Source: an uncultured Chloroflexia bacterium
GTDB lineage: Bacteria; Chloroflexota; Anaerolineae; CG2-30-64-16
DNA length: 64,000 nt
NCBI GenBank assembly: GCA_963774265.1
Contig: CAVZDU010000003.1
Span: forward strand, 416,001 to 480,000
Reading direction: 5' to 3'
Part shown: piece after piece, positions 34,582-44,583 of the stretch
How the letters are laid out: each line of letters begins with the position of its first letter
Position numbering within the stretch: position 1 is the first letter of the stretch
Position numbers and translations under genes: made by a program
The notes under the pieces: generated by a model
What the model was told of the DNA's origin: nothing
The model's database searches: none
What the model saw: only the letters and a program-made list of their open reading frames with translations

Positions 34582-36096
34582 ATGAATGCATCCCCAGGTA
34601 AAGTCCTGCTGGAAATGAAGGGCATCGGCAAAACCTTCCCCGGCGTCAAGGCGTTGGAAGGCGTCAATCTCACCGTCCGGGAAGGCCAGGTCCATGCTCT
34701 GTTGGGTGAGAACGGGGCCGGCAAGTCGACCCTGATCAAGATTCTGTCCGGCGCCTATACGAAGGACGAAGGCCAGATCTTCTTCGAAGGGCAAGCCGGT
34801 TGAGATTCGCGGGCCCGCACGATGCCCAGGCGTTGGGTATCTCGACGATCTATCAGGAGTTCAACCTGGCCCGCGATCTGACCGTCGCCGAGAATATCTT
34901 TCTGGGCCACCTGCCCAGAAAAGGCGTCGACGGTCGATTGGGCTACGGTCAAGGCACGCTCGCAGGAGATCCTGGACACTCTGGGCGTCACCTTTTCCGT
35001 GGATGCGCCTGACCGCAACGCTTTCGGTGGCTGAACAGCAGTTGGTCGAGATTGCCAAATCGCTGAACCGCAAGACGCGCATCCTCATCATGGACGAGCC
35101 GTCGGCCGTGCTGGGCGAAAAAGACCTCGAAAAGCTGTTTCAGGTGGTCCGCTCGCTCCAGGCGCAGGGCATTGGCATCATCTACATCTCCCACCGTCTG
35201 AAGGAGATCTTCGAGCTGGCCGATGAGGTCACGGTCCTCAAAGATGGGCGCTATGTTGACACCCGGAGCGTCTCTGAAGTGACGATGGACGATCTGGTCA
35301 AGCTGATGATCGGGCGCGACCTGAAGGATGTCTATCCCAAGCGGAGCCTGACGCCCAGCGATGTCCTGCTGGAGGTCAACAATGTCTCCCAGACCAAGCT
35401 CGTGCACGATATTTCCTTCCAACTGCACGCCGGGCGAGATCGTCGGCTTTGCCGGCATCGTCGGCTCCGGGCGGACCGAGCTGGCGCGGGCCATCTTCGG
35501 CGCAGACCCATTCACCGGCGAGATGCGCATCTCCGGGCAAGCCGTATAAGCCGCACTCCCCGGCGGATGCGATCCAGCCACGGGGTGGCGCTGGTGACCG
35601 AGGATCGCAAGGCCCAGGGACTCTTCCTCAAGTTGAACGTCTGGCCATCAACACCACGATCTCGGGCTTGAAGCAATTGTGCCGGTTGGGCGTGATCCAA
35701 CTGGGCCAAGGAACTCAGCCTGGTCAAGCAGATGATCAAGGACTTGAGCATCAAGACGCCAGGCCCCAACTTTCATGGTGGTCAACATGAGCGGCGGCAA
35801 CCAGCAGAAGGTCGTCCTGGCCCGCTGGCTCAGCATCGGCACGCGCATCTTCATCCTGGACGAACCGACCCGCGGCATCGACGTGGGCAGCAAGTCTGAG
35901 ATCTACCAGATCATGGATGGATCTGACCAAGAAGGGCGTGGGGATCATCATGATCTCATCGGAGCTGCCCGAAGTCCTGGGCATGAGCGATCGCATCATG
36001 GTCATGCGCCAGGGCACGATCGTGAAGGAGTTGTCGCGAGCCGAGGCCAGTGAAGAGGCGATCATGAAGTACGCGGTGGGATCCGAGGCCGCTTGA
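34582..36096 (+). CDS. Sugar ABC ATP-binding protein (RbsA-like, two ATPase domains; frameshifted)
   Basis: [34 protein letters not shown]. Confidence 0.9.
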
Positions 36097-36124
36097 TCTT
36101 GGCCGCAACAAGGAGGCGCTAACC

Positions 36125-36797
36125 ATGGCAGTGATTACGATTTCCAGAGAGCTGGGCAGTGGCGGCTTTGACATCGCCCAGCAGGTGGCGAAGAGTCTGG
36201 GCTATGAGTTCGTGGACAAGCGCACGATCCGATGGCATCTTCCGGCAGTACGGGCTGACCAAATTCGACGATTTGTACAACTCGGCGCCGAGCATCCTGG
36301 ACCTCATCAATGCGGACAATCTGCTGATCGTCTCGATGTTGAACGAGATTCTGGAGGCGCTGGCCAAACGCGGCAACGTCGTGATTCTGGGCCGGGCCGG
36401 CTTCGCTGTCCTGGGCGAGTATGCGGATGTGCTGAATGTGCACATCCAGGCTCCCTTCTCGGAGCGGGTGCAGCGGGTGATGGCCAGGGAAGGCCTGACC
36501 GATCTCGCAGCCAGCCGAGGAGCGGGTGCGACGAGGACGACAACGTGCACCGCAAATATGTCCAGAGGTTCTATAACAAGCAGTGGGATGATCCGTCCAA
36601 CTTCGATCTGGTCCTCGACTACGGGCTCGCTGTCCAGCGGACGAGGCCGTGAAACAGATCGTGGAAGCGGCCCGAGCCTTGACCAAAAGGCGCAGGCAAG
36701 GATGCGGTCACGACCGCATCGACTTCAGGTCGATCCTGTTCTGGCGGATGCCGTCGCCAAAACGATGGCCGGTCGGATAGCACAGGCGCCTGCGTAG
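36125..36797 (+). CDS. Cytidylate kinase-like family protein (frameshifted)
   Basis: ITISRELGSGG, VILGR, AP...RV.R, WDDPSNFDL. Confidence 0.82.
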
Positions 36798-37029
36798 GCG
36801 CGTGGACGGAGTAGGGTGAGGTTCTTCACGGTCCGCGGGCCGGATGGCGAAAAACTCGAATCATGGCCTCTGTGAGCCGAACCGACCCGCGGCCTTGACG
36901 TGAGCTGTTAGTCGGGGTCGTGCTTTCTCGACGTTATCAGAATCTGCAGTGGGCAGGCTGGAGGCCTCGGCCGGTCCTGTTCACTGCAGCATCCGGTCTC
37001 TTTGGAAAAAGCAGGGGGTACGCGAGCCA

Positions 37030-38487
37030 ATGATCCATTGCACGCTGGGCATCGACATGGGTACGTCGGGCGTTAAAGCCGCACTCCTTGACCTGGACAC
37101 GTTCAAGCTGATCACTTTGGCCATGCAGGGCTACGACAACGCGCCCGAACAATCCTCGGAGATGCTGTGGCAAGCGACCGCTGCCACCGTTCGCGAGGCC
37201 GTCACCGGGATCGATCCGCGTGCCATCCGGGGCATCAGCTTCTCGGGCCAGATGCACGGGACCGTCATGTACGATGCACAGGGCGAGGTCATCGAGCCAA
37301 TCATCAATTGGCAAGACAAGCGCTGCGATATTCCCCTCGGGCGGTACGGTAACCGGACCACGATCGAAGTGATGATGGCCCTCCTGGCCGGCGCCGAGTT
37401 TGACGACCTGGGCATCGACCTCCTGCCGAGCGGCTACCTCAGCGCAACGCTGTTCTATATCAAGGAAAACGACCCTGCGCTATTCGAGCGGATTTGCCAG
37501 GCCGTTCTGCCCGGGGATTTCATCCGCGGGCAGCTGCTGGGCGCCTCCGATCGCGCCTCCGGTCGCGCCACCGATCCGACCAACGCGTCTGGGACCGGCC
37601 TTTTCAACACCCGGCTCAATCGGTGGCACGGGAGCATCATCGCGAAACTCGGGCTGCCCCGGGAAATCCTGCCGGCCGTCCACGATAGCGCCGAAGTGGC
37701 GGGCGTGCTCCCTTCGGCCGTTGCGGAGGAGTTGAACCTGGCGCCGGGGACGCCCGTGGTCTACGGCGGCGGCGACAACCAGATGTCGCTGCTGGGCAAC
37801 GGGCTCGTCTCGAGCCGTTCGCCGGCCCTGATCAATATCGGCACCGGCGCGCAGGTGTCGCAGGTCACCTCCCAGTATGCCAGGAAGCCGGGCGTCGACA
37901 CTCGCAGCTATTTCAGCCGGTCATACGCTTTCGTCGGCCCGAGCCTGGGCGGAGGACGGAGTTACGCGCATCTGCACAGGGCGCTGCAGAGCCGCGAGGG
38001 GCGCGACATCGGATACCAGGAGATGGATGAGCTGGCTTCCAGAGTGCCAGTTGGCGCAGACGGGCTGGTGTTTCAAGTGACCGTACGTGGCGCGGCCGGC
38101 GGTCCCGAAGGCTTCGTCGGACATACGGAGTTGCAGGATGTGGGCCACCAGACCCGGGCGGTCATGGAGGGCGTGCTGCTGGATCTCTACCGGCTGCGTC
38201 CCCCCACATTGGCAGACGGGCCCGGGTTCATGGTGGGCGCGGGGAAAGGGTTGCAGAACAGCCGGGTCTGGGCGCAGATGGCCGCGGACGTGTTTGACTG
38301 CCCGATCAAGATCACCAACTTTGAAAATGCTGTTTGGGGCGCAGCAGTGATCGCGGCGGTGGGCGCCGGCGCGATCACTGACGTACGCGACGCGACTGCG
38401 ACGATCGAGTACAGCCGGGAGCTCTTGCCTGACCCGGCCAGTGCGGCGCAGTACCGAGACCTCATCGCTGAAAGGAAGGGTCCCTGA
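37030..38487 (+). CDS. FGGY carbohydrate kinase (sedoheptulokinase/xylulokinase-like)
   Basis: GIDMGTS, SGQMHG, NWQD.R, GGDNQ, NIGTGAQVS. Confidence 0.85.
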   Translation: MIHCTLGIDMGTSGVKAALLDLDTFKLITLAMQGYDNAPEQSSEMLWQATAATVREAVTGIDPRAIRGISFSGQMHGTVMYDAQGEVIEPIINWQDKRCDIPLGRYGNRTTIEVMMALLAGAEFDDLGIDLLPSGYLSATLFYIKENDPALFERICQAVLPGDFIRGQLLGASDRASGRATDPTNASGTGLFNTRLNRWHGSIIAKLGLPREILPAVHDSAEVAGVLPSAVAEELNLAPGTPVVYGGGDNQMSLLGNGLVSSRSPALINIGTGAQVSQVTSQYARKPGVDTRSYFSRSYAFVGPSLGGGRSYAHLHRALQSREGRDIGYQEMDELASRVPVGADGLVFQVTVRGAAGGPEGFVGHTELQDVGHQTRAVMEGVLLDLYRLRPPTLADGPGFMVGAGKGLQNSRVWAQMAADVFDCPIKITNFENAVWGAAVIAAVGAGAITDVRDATATIEYSRELLPDPASAAQYRDLIAERKGP

Positions 38488-38488
38488 G

Positions 38489-39472
38489 ATGTTCGATGTG
38501 ATTGCCTGCGGCGAGCTCTTGATCGATTTCGTCTCGACTGAGTCTGGCGTAACGCTGGGCCAGGCGCCGGCATTCCAGAAAGCTCCCGGTGGCGCGCCTG
38601 CCAACGTCGCGGTGGGCGTCGCGCGGCTGGGATATCGGGCTGGCTTCCTCGGGCAGGTGGGCGATGACGACTTCGGGCACTTCCTGGCCGACACGATCGC
38701 GGTGGCCGGAGTGGACGTCGGTGGCTTGCGCTTTTCGCCCGAGGCCCGCACCGCACTGGCGTTCGTGTCCCTGCGCAACGACGGCGAGCGCAGCTTCATG
38801 TTCTACCGCCACCCAAGCGCGGACATGTTGTGGCGGCCTGAAGATGTGGACCGGGAGTACGTGGCGGGCACGCGCATCTTCCATCACGGCTCCATCTCGC
38901 TGATCAACGAGCCGAGCCGGAGCGCCACGCTGGCGGCGGTCGAGTATGCCCGCGAGGGTGGCGCGCTGATCTCGTACGATCCGAATCTGCGGCTGGCACT
39001 GTGGCCTTCGCCCGACGCGGCGCGGGCGGGGATCCTGGCGGCATGGCCGTTCGCCGACCTGATCAAGGTCAGCGAAGAGGAGCTGGAATTCCTCACCGGA
39101 GACCTGGACATCGAGCGCGCCGCGCGGTCTCTCTGGTCGCAGCGACTGCTGCTGTTGGTGGTGACGCGCGGGCCGGCCGGGTGCATGTACTTCACGCCGG
39201 AGGGCAGCGGTGTGGTGCCCGGCTTTGCGGTGCATCCAGTCGATACCACGGGCGCAGGAGATGGTTTCGTCGCCGGGCTCCTGGCCGGGCTCCTGGACTG
39301 CGGGCTGTCGCGGGATGCCGCCGACCTGGAGCGCGCCCTGCGTCTCGGGAACGCCATGGGCGCGCTGGCCACCACCCAAAAGGGCGCCATCCCGGCGCTG
39401 CCCACTCGCCAGGCGGTCGAGGCTTTTCTGCGGGAGGCAGCGCACGGGCAGGGGGATCAATGGGCAGATTGA
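38489..39472 (+). CDS. PfkB family carbohydrate kinase (fructokinase-like)
   Basis: GELLIDF, PGGAPANVA, YDPNLR, DTTGAGDGF. Confidence 0.9.
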   Translation: MFDVIACGELLIDFVSTESGVTLGQAPAFQKAPGGAPANVAVGVARLGYRAGFLGQVGDDDFGHFLADTIAVAGVDVGGLRFSPEARTALAFVSLRNDGERSFMFYRHPSADMLWRPEDVDREYVAGTRIFHHGSISLINEPSRSATLAAVEYAREGGALISYDPNLRLALWPSPDAARAGILAAWPFADLIKVSEEELEFLTGDLDIERAARSLWSQRLLLLVVTRGPAGCMYFTPEGSGVVPGFAVHPVDTTGAGDGFVAGLLAGLLDCGLSRDAADLERALRLGNAMGALATTQKGAIPALPTRQAVEAFLREAAHGQGDQWAD

Positions 39473-40543
39473 CCATCGCGGATGTTGCCAGAGAAGCAGG
39501 TGTCTCGACAGCGACGGTGTCGAACGTCATCAACAACACCCGCTTCGTGAGCGACGAAACTCGCCAGAAGGTCAACGACGCAATCGAAGCTCTGGGTTTT
39601 GTGCCGAGCGCGGTGGCGCGGAGCCTGGTTACCAACATCTCGCAGATCGCCGGCGTCATCGTCTCCGATATCACCAACCCCTTTTTTCCGGCCATGGTGC
39701 GGGGGATCGAAGATCAGACCCTCCCCTATCGTTACAGCATGGTCCTGGGCAACACCGATGAGGATCCGCTGCGCGAAGAGGAGCTTGTCCGTCTGATGAC
39801 GAGGCAGCGCGTCGACGGCCTCATCATCGCACCCACGGGTGTGCGTTGCGCACCGCTCCTGGCGCTGGCGGAATCGGGCGTTCCGATCGTCCAGCTCGAC
39901 CGCACCAGCCCAGGCTTGACCGCACCGCTGGTCGGCGTCAACAACGAAGAGGGCGCCTATCAGGCCGTGAGCTACCTGATCGGCCTGGGGCACCGACGGA
40001 TTGCCTGTCTGTTTGGCATCGAGGCAATCAGCACACAAGGTGAACGGCTCAAAGGCTGGAGGCGAGCCTTGCAGGAGGCGGATCTCCCGATCGACGAGGA
40101 CCTGATCGTGCGGGCAGATCCGCGTCTTCTACGGCACCTTGCCGGATGCCGCGGGTGCGATAGCTCCGGTCAGGCCTGCGCTGGCGCACGAGAAGCTGCC
40201 CGGTGTAGATGAGGCGCTGGGCGGTCTTTGGGAAGGTCCCCGGCCTCCCTCGGCAGTGTTCGCGCTGACGAATCAATTAGCCCTTAGCACGTTGTACGCC
40301 CTCAAGGCGCGTGGGCTAAGATTCCCGGAGGACATCTCGCTCGTCAGTTTCGATGACCCCGATTGGGCGCCGCTCTTTAGTCCCCCCCTGACTACTGTGC
40401 GCCAGCCCGCGTACCAACTCGGCGAGGCCGCCGCAGGCCTGTTGATGAGCCTGATCAACCACGAGCCGGCCGAGCCTCCTCCTCCCTTGCCGGTTGTCTT
40501 GATGAAAAGGGCGTCCAGCGGTCCACCGCCTTCGGGCGGGTGA
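39460..40543 (+). CDS. LacI family transcriptional regulator (frameshift near 40130)
   Basis: TIADVAREAGVSTATVSNVIN; NPFF; PEDISLVSFDD..PPLTTVRQP. Confidence 0.9.
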
Positions 40544-40665
40544 AGTCACTGCGCCGAGGATGTCGTCTGCGCAGCGTCTCATCGCTTGGGCCCCCGCTCC
40601 AGTGAGTGAGCCGGCCGAGATCCAAGGTCGCAACCGGCCTTCTTGCGGCCCACAAGTCGACCTCC

Positions 40666-40693
40666 GACGTACTTCTGCGGGTAGAAGTACGTC
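40666..40693. terminator. Hairpin between convergent lacI and primase genes
   Basis: GACGTACTTCT-GCGGGT-AGAAGTACGTC (perfect 11-bp stem). Confidence 0.55.
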
Positions 40694-40758
40694 AAGCGCG
40701 TGGCGGAAGCGGCGCCATGATGGGTTGACGAACAGGAGAATTTACAAATCGCCTGCGC

Positions 40759-42949
40759 TCAATCATCGTCGCCGTCCACCTCCCGCACAAAGGACAACTC
40801 CCAGGGTTCCAGGCCTGCATAATCGTCCGCCTGCCCCGGGTTACCCCACGGGTCCCCCGCGTCCGGCGGCTCGGACTGGTGCACTGGTGCACCTGATTTC
40901 GGGGGGATAGACACACACACACTTCCCCTGGCCAGGTGGTCGGGATGCGGCAGCACCGGCCGGTCCGCGGGCATCGGGTCGCCGATGGCATAGCGCGCGG
41001 GCTGCCTCTCCCGCGTCTCAAGATTGACCAGGTACCCGTCATGGATGGCCCGCAGCGCGCGGCGGCCGGCCGCCGACTTGTCCAGCCCCAGGGCATTGGC
41101 CAGTTGGGCCCGGCTCACCTCGGCCGGCTTGTTCGCGGCCCTGGCCTGCCCGATCAGCTGCGCCACGGCTTCAACCGTTTCCCGCGTGGTCGCGTTCACC
41201 GCGGCCTGGACCGTGTCGCCGATCACGTCCGCGACCGTCTCATAGACCGCGCGGTAGTCCTCCGGCGTTGCGATGATCCGGCCGCCCTCGTCGCGGCCGC
41301 GCTGCGCCTGGTGCAGAATCGCGTGGCTGCGGATGAGATTCAGCACCGCCCCGAAATCACGGCGGAGGCGGACGGCCCGCACATCGGCCAGGCTGGTCAG
41401 GCGATCGGCGAAGGGAATGACCACCTCGCGGCAGCCGGCCAGCTCGAGCCAGGTCTGCAGCCCGTGCCAGGCTGAGAAGTCCGGCCGCGGAGGCTCGCGG
41501 CCCTTCGCGCGATCGGCCAGTGCCTGCAGAATCCCCGCGGTCTGTGTTGGGTCGTCGCGCACCGTCACCGAGAACATGCGGGTTTCGTTTTCAGGGTGCA
41601 GGCTCGCGCCGGTGGTCGTGACGATCAGTCCCGTCGGCCCGGCGCGCTCGATCAGTTTCGACTTAAGCCCATCCGCAGTCTTCTCCACGGTCTCATAGCG
41701 GATGCAACCCTCTGAAAGCAGGGTGCGCATCAGATAGGTGCCAAAGTCGGAGGTCAGGCCCGCGGCCTCGTACAGCACCAGGTGGCGATGGGCCAACGGC
41801 TCGTTGCTGTAGGCTAACGACCGCTCAGACATGGACGACAGTGCATAGAACGCGTTGGGCGGGAAGGCCCGGAGCACGGTCTCGACCGTGAAGGACTTGC
41901 CGCCCGACGACGGCCCCTTGACGACGACGGAGACCGGCCGCTTCAGGAGGCGCGAGGTGACGGCCAGGTAGAGCAGCCGCGCGGTGCGTTCCTCGCCCAC
42001 CAGCCCCAGGCTGTTGCACAGCCCGGTCAACTCGGCCAGGATATCGGGGGAACGGAGCAGCGCGGCAGCCTGTTGTTTGGCCTGGCCGGCCTCCGCATGC
42101 AGGGCTTCGGCCCGGAGCTCGCGCCACGGCCGGGCAGAGGCCCTGAGCCGGTCCACCAGCGCGGGCACATCATCGCCGGCCAGGTGGCAGTCGCTGATGT
42201 CTTTGCGGCCCTCGGGCGGGGTGATGACAAGGCAATCGGGGAGCGACTCGCCCACCTTCTCAGCGAAGGCCGCGCCGCCCCCGTCGCTTTCCCGCCAGGC
42301 ATACACCGTCAGTCCGTCCAGATAGCGCGCCCACTCCGGTTTCCAGGTGGCCGCGCCGGGGATGCCCAGCGCCGGGATGCCGTGAAGCCAGAAGGTCTGG
42401 GCGTCACTCTCCCCCTCGCACAGGATAACATACGGGGCGCTCCGATCCAGCCGCCAGAGCCCATACGGTTGGAATCTTGGCGCCCCTGCGCCACCTGAAG
42501 CGGTTCTCGCCGGTCAGCGCCACGCGCAACCGGACGCCGGTCTCGGTCCCGGCCGCGTCATAGTAGGGCATTTTCAGGTAGGGCTTGCCCAGGCTGTGGG
42601 CGGTCTGCAGGCCGAGCGCATCCAGAAAGTCCAGGGGCAGCCCCTTGACCCGGGCATAGTTCTCCAGGGTAGGGGGAAGGTATGTGTGTGTAGTACCCCC
42701 GCGTTCCAGTTGCACCAGTGCACCAGTCAAGTGCGCGGCCAGGTCACGGAGACCGCCCGACTTCCCGCAGGCGAAGCACTTGTAGCCCGCGGCCGAAACC
42801 GAGAAGTTCTGCGCGTGGGTGTCATGGTGGAATGGGCACAGCGCCCAATACTCGCCCTTCCGGTCCGGGAAGCGGCCGTCCGGCGACCCGCCCCGGTCCA
42901 ACTTCGGCAGGATCACCTCAAGCAGGCTATCGGAGTTCACCGGCCCCAT
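40759..42949 (-). CDS. Phage/plasmid-type primase-helicase: CHC2 zinc finger + TOPRIM + P-loop ATPase + winged-helix tail (frameshift near 42470)
   Basis: CPFH..C..C (CPFHHD...CFAC); LCEGESD...GIPG and ESD.GG; GPSSGGKS; LYEA; C-terminal LANALGLDKS. Confidence 0.85.
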
Positions 42950-43143
42950 CCTCCGGGTCCGGTCGCCCGCGGTAGCTGGCGGTCTCGGGCCGCTCGAACC
43001 AGGCGCCGGCCTCCACCGCGGCCTTGCGCAGAACGACCCGGATCGCGTCGGATTGCGTCCGTTCGAGCTTGCGCGCCGAGCGCGTCGATCATGCGCCGTT
43101 CTTCTTCCGAGCACTTGAACGTGAACGAATCTACTCGCCTCAT
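42927..43143 (-). CDS. Small ribbon-helix-helix (CopG/MobC-like) DNA-binding protein (one indel)
   Basis: Corrected translation MRRVDSFTFKCSEEERRMIDALARKLERTQSDAIRVVLR...; overlaps the primase start. Confidence 0.6.
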
Positions 43144-43231
43144 AGAACCCCCTTCGCTGCGATGCTAAAGGGAGTCTACTCCGGTCGAAACGGCATCATT
43201 CCGAACTTCGATTCGAACTTCGGATCGACTT

Positions 43232-44020
43232 TCAGTCTTCGGTGTCGTCCCGTAGATGTTCAGGCCACAACTCGGTAAACTCGGCCCAGGAGATCGGCTT
43301 GCGCGTTTGCCAGAGATGGGCGACACGCTTGGGAATCCACACGGTGACGGTTTCGTAGGTCAGGCCTTCGTCCTGCCAGGCAGTTGAGAATGGGAGCCTC
43401 ACGCCGGCCTGGCGTTTCTCCCACATCGCACGCATCTTGATCCGCGAGTCACGGTAGGGCCCGCGCCTCCGCGTTACCTCTTCCGAGCGCAAGGCGGCCG
43501 GCACCTGATCGGAAGCCACGTCCCCCTCCGCATCGCCGAACGCCAGATCCAGGCTTTCCTTCACGCGTTCCTTGCGTTCCGTTTCGTAGGTCTGCCAGAC
43601 CGGCCCGATCGCGGGATAGTGTGCCTGCAACTCCTTCAGCAGGCTCACGAAAATGTTCAGCACGGGCAGAAGCTGCTCGGAGCAGCTCGCCCTCACGTAA
43701 GTCTCGCGACCCAGTGCGGCGAACCGGAACCGCATCACCGGCCCCAGGTGCTCTATCTTTGGCTCATATCTCTCAGTCACGACCTCCGGCGCCCAGTCCG
43801 CCGGGATGGAAACAGTCGTTCTCCGGACTGCCGCCACCACAATCTCGACACGCACAACCGGCACAGCGCGGTGGCTCACCTTGGGCGCTGACAGGAACAA
43901 CTCAACCTGATAGTCTTCCCTGTGACCGCCCACGGTCCGGGGCGGCAGCGCCTCCATGAACCAGGCTTCCACGGCGTAAACGTCGTCCGGAATCGTGAAG
44001 TCGACCACCGTTGCTGCCAT
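43232..44020 (-). CDS. Hypothetical protein (262 aa)
   Basis: Clean ORF with GGAGG RBS and TTGCGC-17-TATAAT promoter; no family recognised. Confidence 0.7.
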   Translation of the reverse strand: MAATVVDFTIPDDVYAVEAWFMEALPPRTVGGHREDYQVELFLSAPKVSHRAVPVVRVEIVVAAVRRTTVSIPADWAPEVVTERYEPKIEHLGPVMRFRFAALGRETYVRASCSEQLLPVLNIFVSLLKELQAHYPAIGPVWQTYETERKERVKESLDLAFGDAEGDVASDQVPAALRSEEVTRRRGPYRDSRIKMRAMWEKRQAGVRLPFSTAWQDEGLTYETVTVWIPKRVAHLWQTRKPISWAEFTELWPEHLRDDTED

Positions 44021-44052
44021 CGCTTTCCTCCCGCCGTGAGTTACGACAGGGC

Positions 44053-44147
44053 ATTATAGAATATGCGTTCGCTCGGCGCAAGCAGGGCCTCCGGATTTGA
44101 CATCCGGCCATCTGTTCTGTTATACTTCGCAGAAGAACAAAGATTCT
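44053..44147. promoter_or_regulatory. Divergent promoters, each overlapped by a GAAC-N4-ATTC (LexA/Cheo-like) box
   Basis: Left: TTGCGC-17-TATAAT (44081-44053) with box at 44058-44071. Right: TTGACA-18-TATACT with TG extension (44097-44126) and box at 44134-44147. Confidence 0.6.
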
Positions 44148-44169
44148 ATTTCATCGAAGGAGACATCGC

Positions 44170-44583
44170 ATGGCAATGTCAAGCACGACTGTTTGGACCA
44201 GGGGGTTCAGCGAGAACCCCGCGGGCGCGCCCCTCAGGCTGAAGTCGATCATTGAAATGCTGGACCATATCGGCGACGAATGGGTGACCCTGCCCGGCGG
44301 CGCGCCTGCCGGGGACGCCGGCACAGGCAACCCCGCCGGGGGCGTCGACCAGGGTCGCGCCATGACCCGCCGGGAGCTCCTGGCACGCGTGCTGTGGACG
44401 CGCGCGATCATGGACGCCGACGGTGCGGCCACCAGGCTCATCATCGAGTACCTCGACGGCAAGCCGGATGAGTGGGGAGAAACAACCGGCGAGGCGCCAA
44501 GGTTCTGCGCCGACGACTACGCGCTGGCCGAGGCGCTGCTGCGGGAGGGCTCAGGCAGTGACGGCTCCGACTTCTCCCGATAA
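44170..44583 (+). CDS. Putative terminase small subunit (DUF5681-like)
   Basis: WTRGFSENPAGAP resembles FKPGQSGNPxGRP; LARVLW..A...D..A.RLIIEYLDGKP; overlaps terL. Confidence 0.6.
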   Translation: MAMSSTTVWTRGFSENPAGAPLRLKSIIEMLDHIGDEWVTLPGGAPAGDAGTGNPAGGVDQGRAMTRRELLARVLWTRAIMDADGAATRLIIEYLDGKPDEWGETTGEAPRFCADDYALAEALLREGSGSDGSDFSR

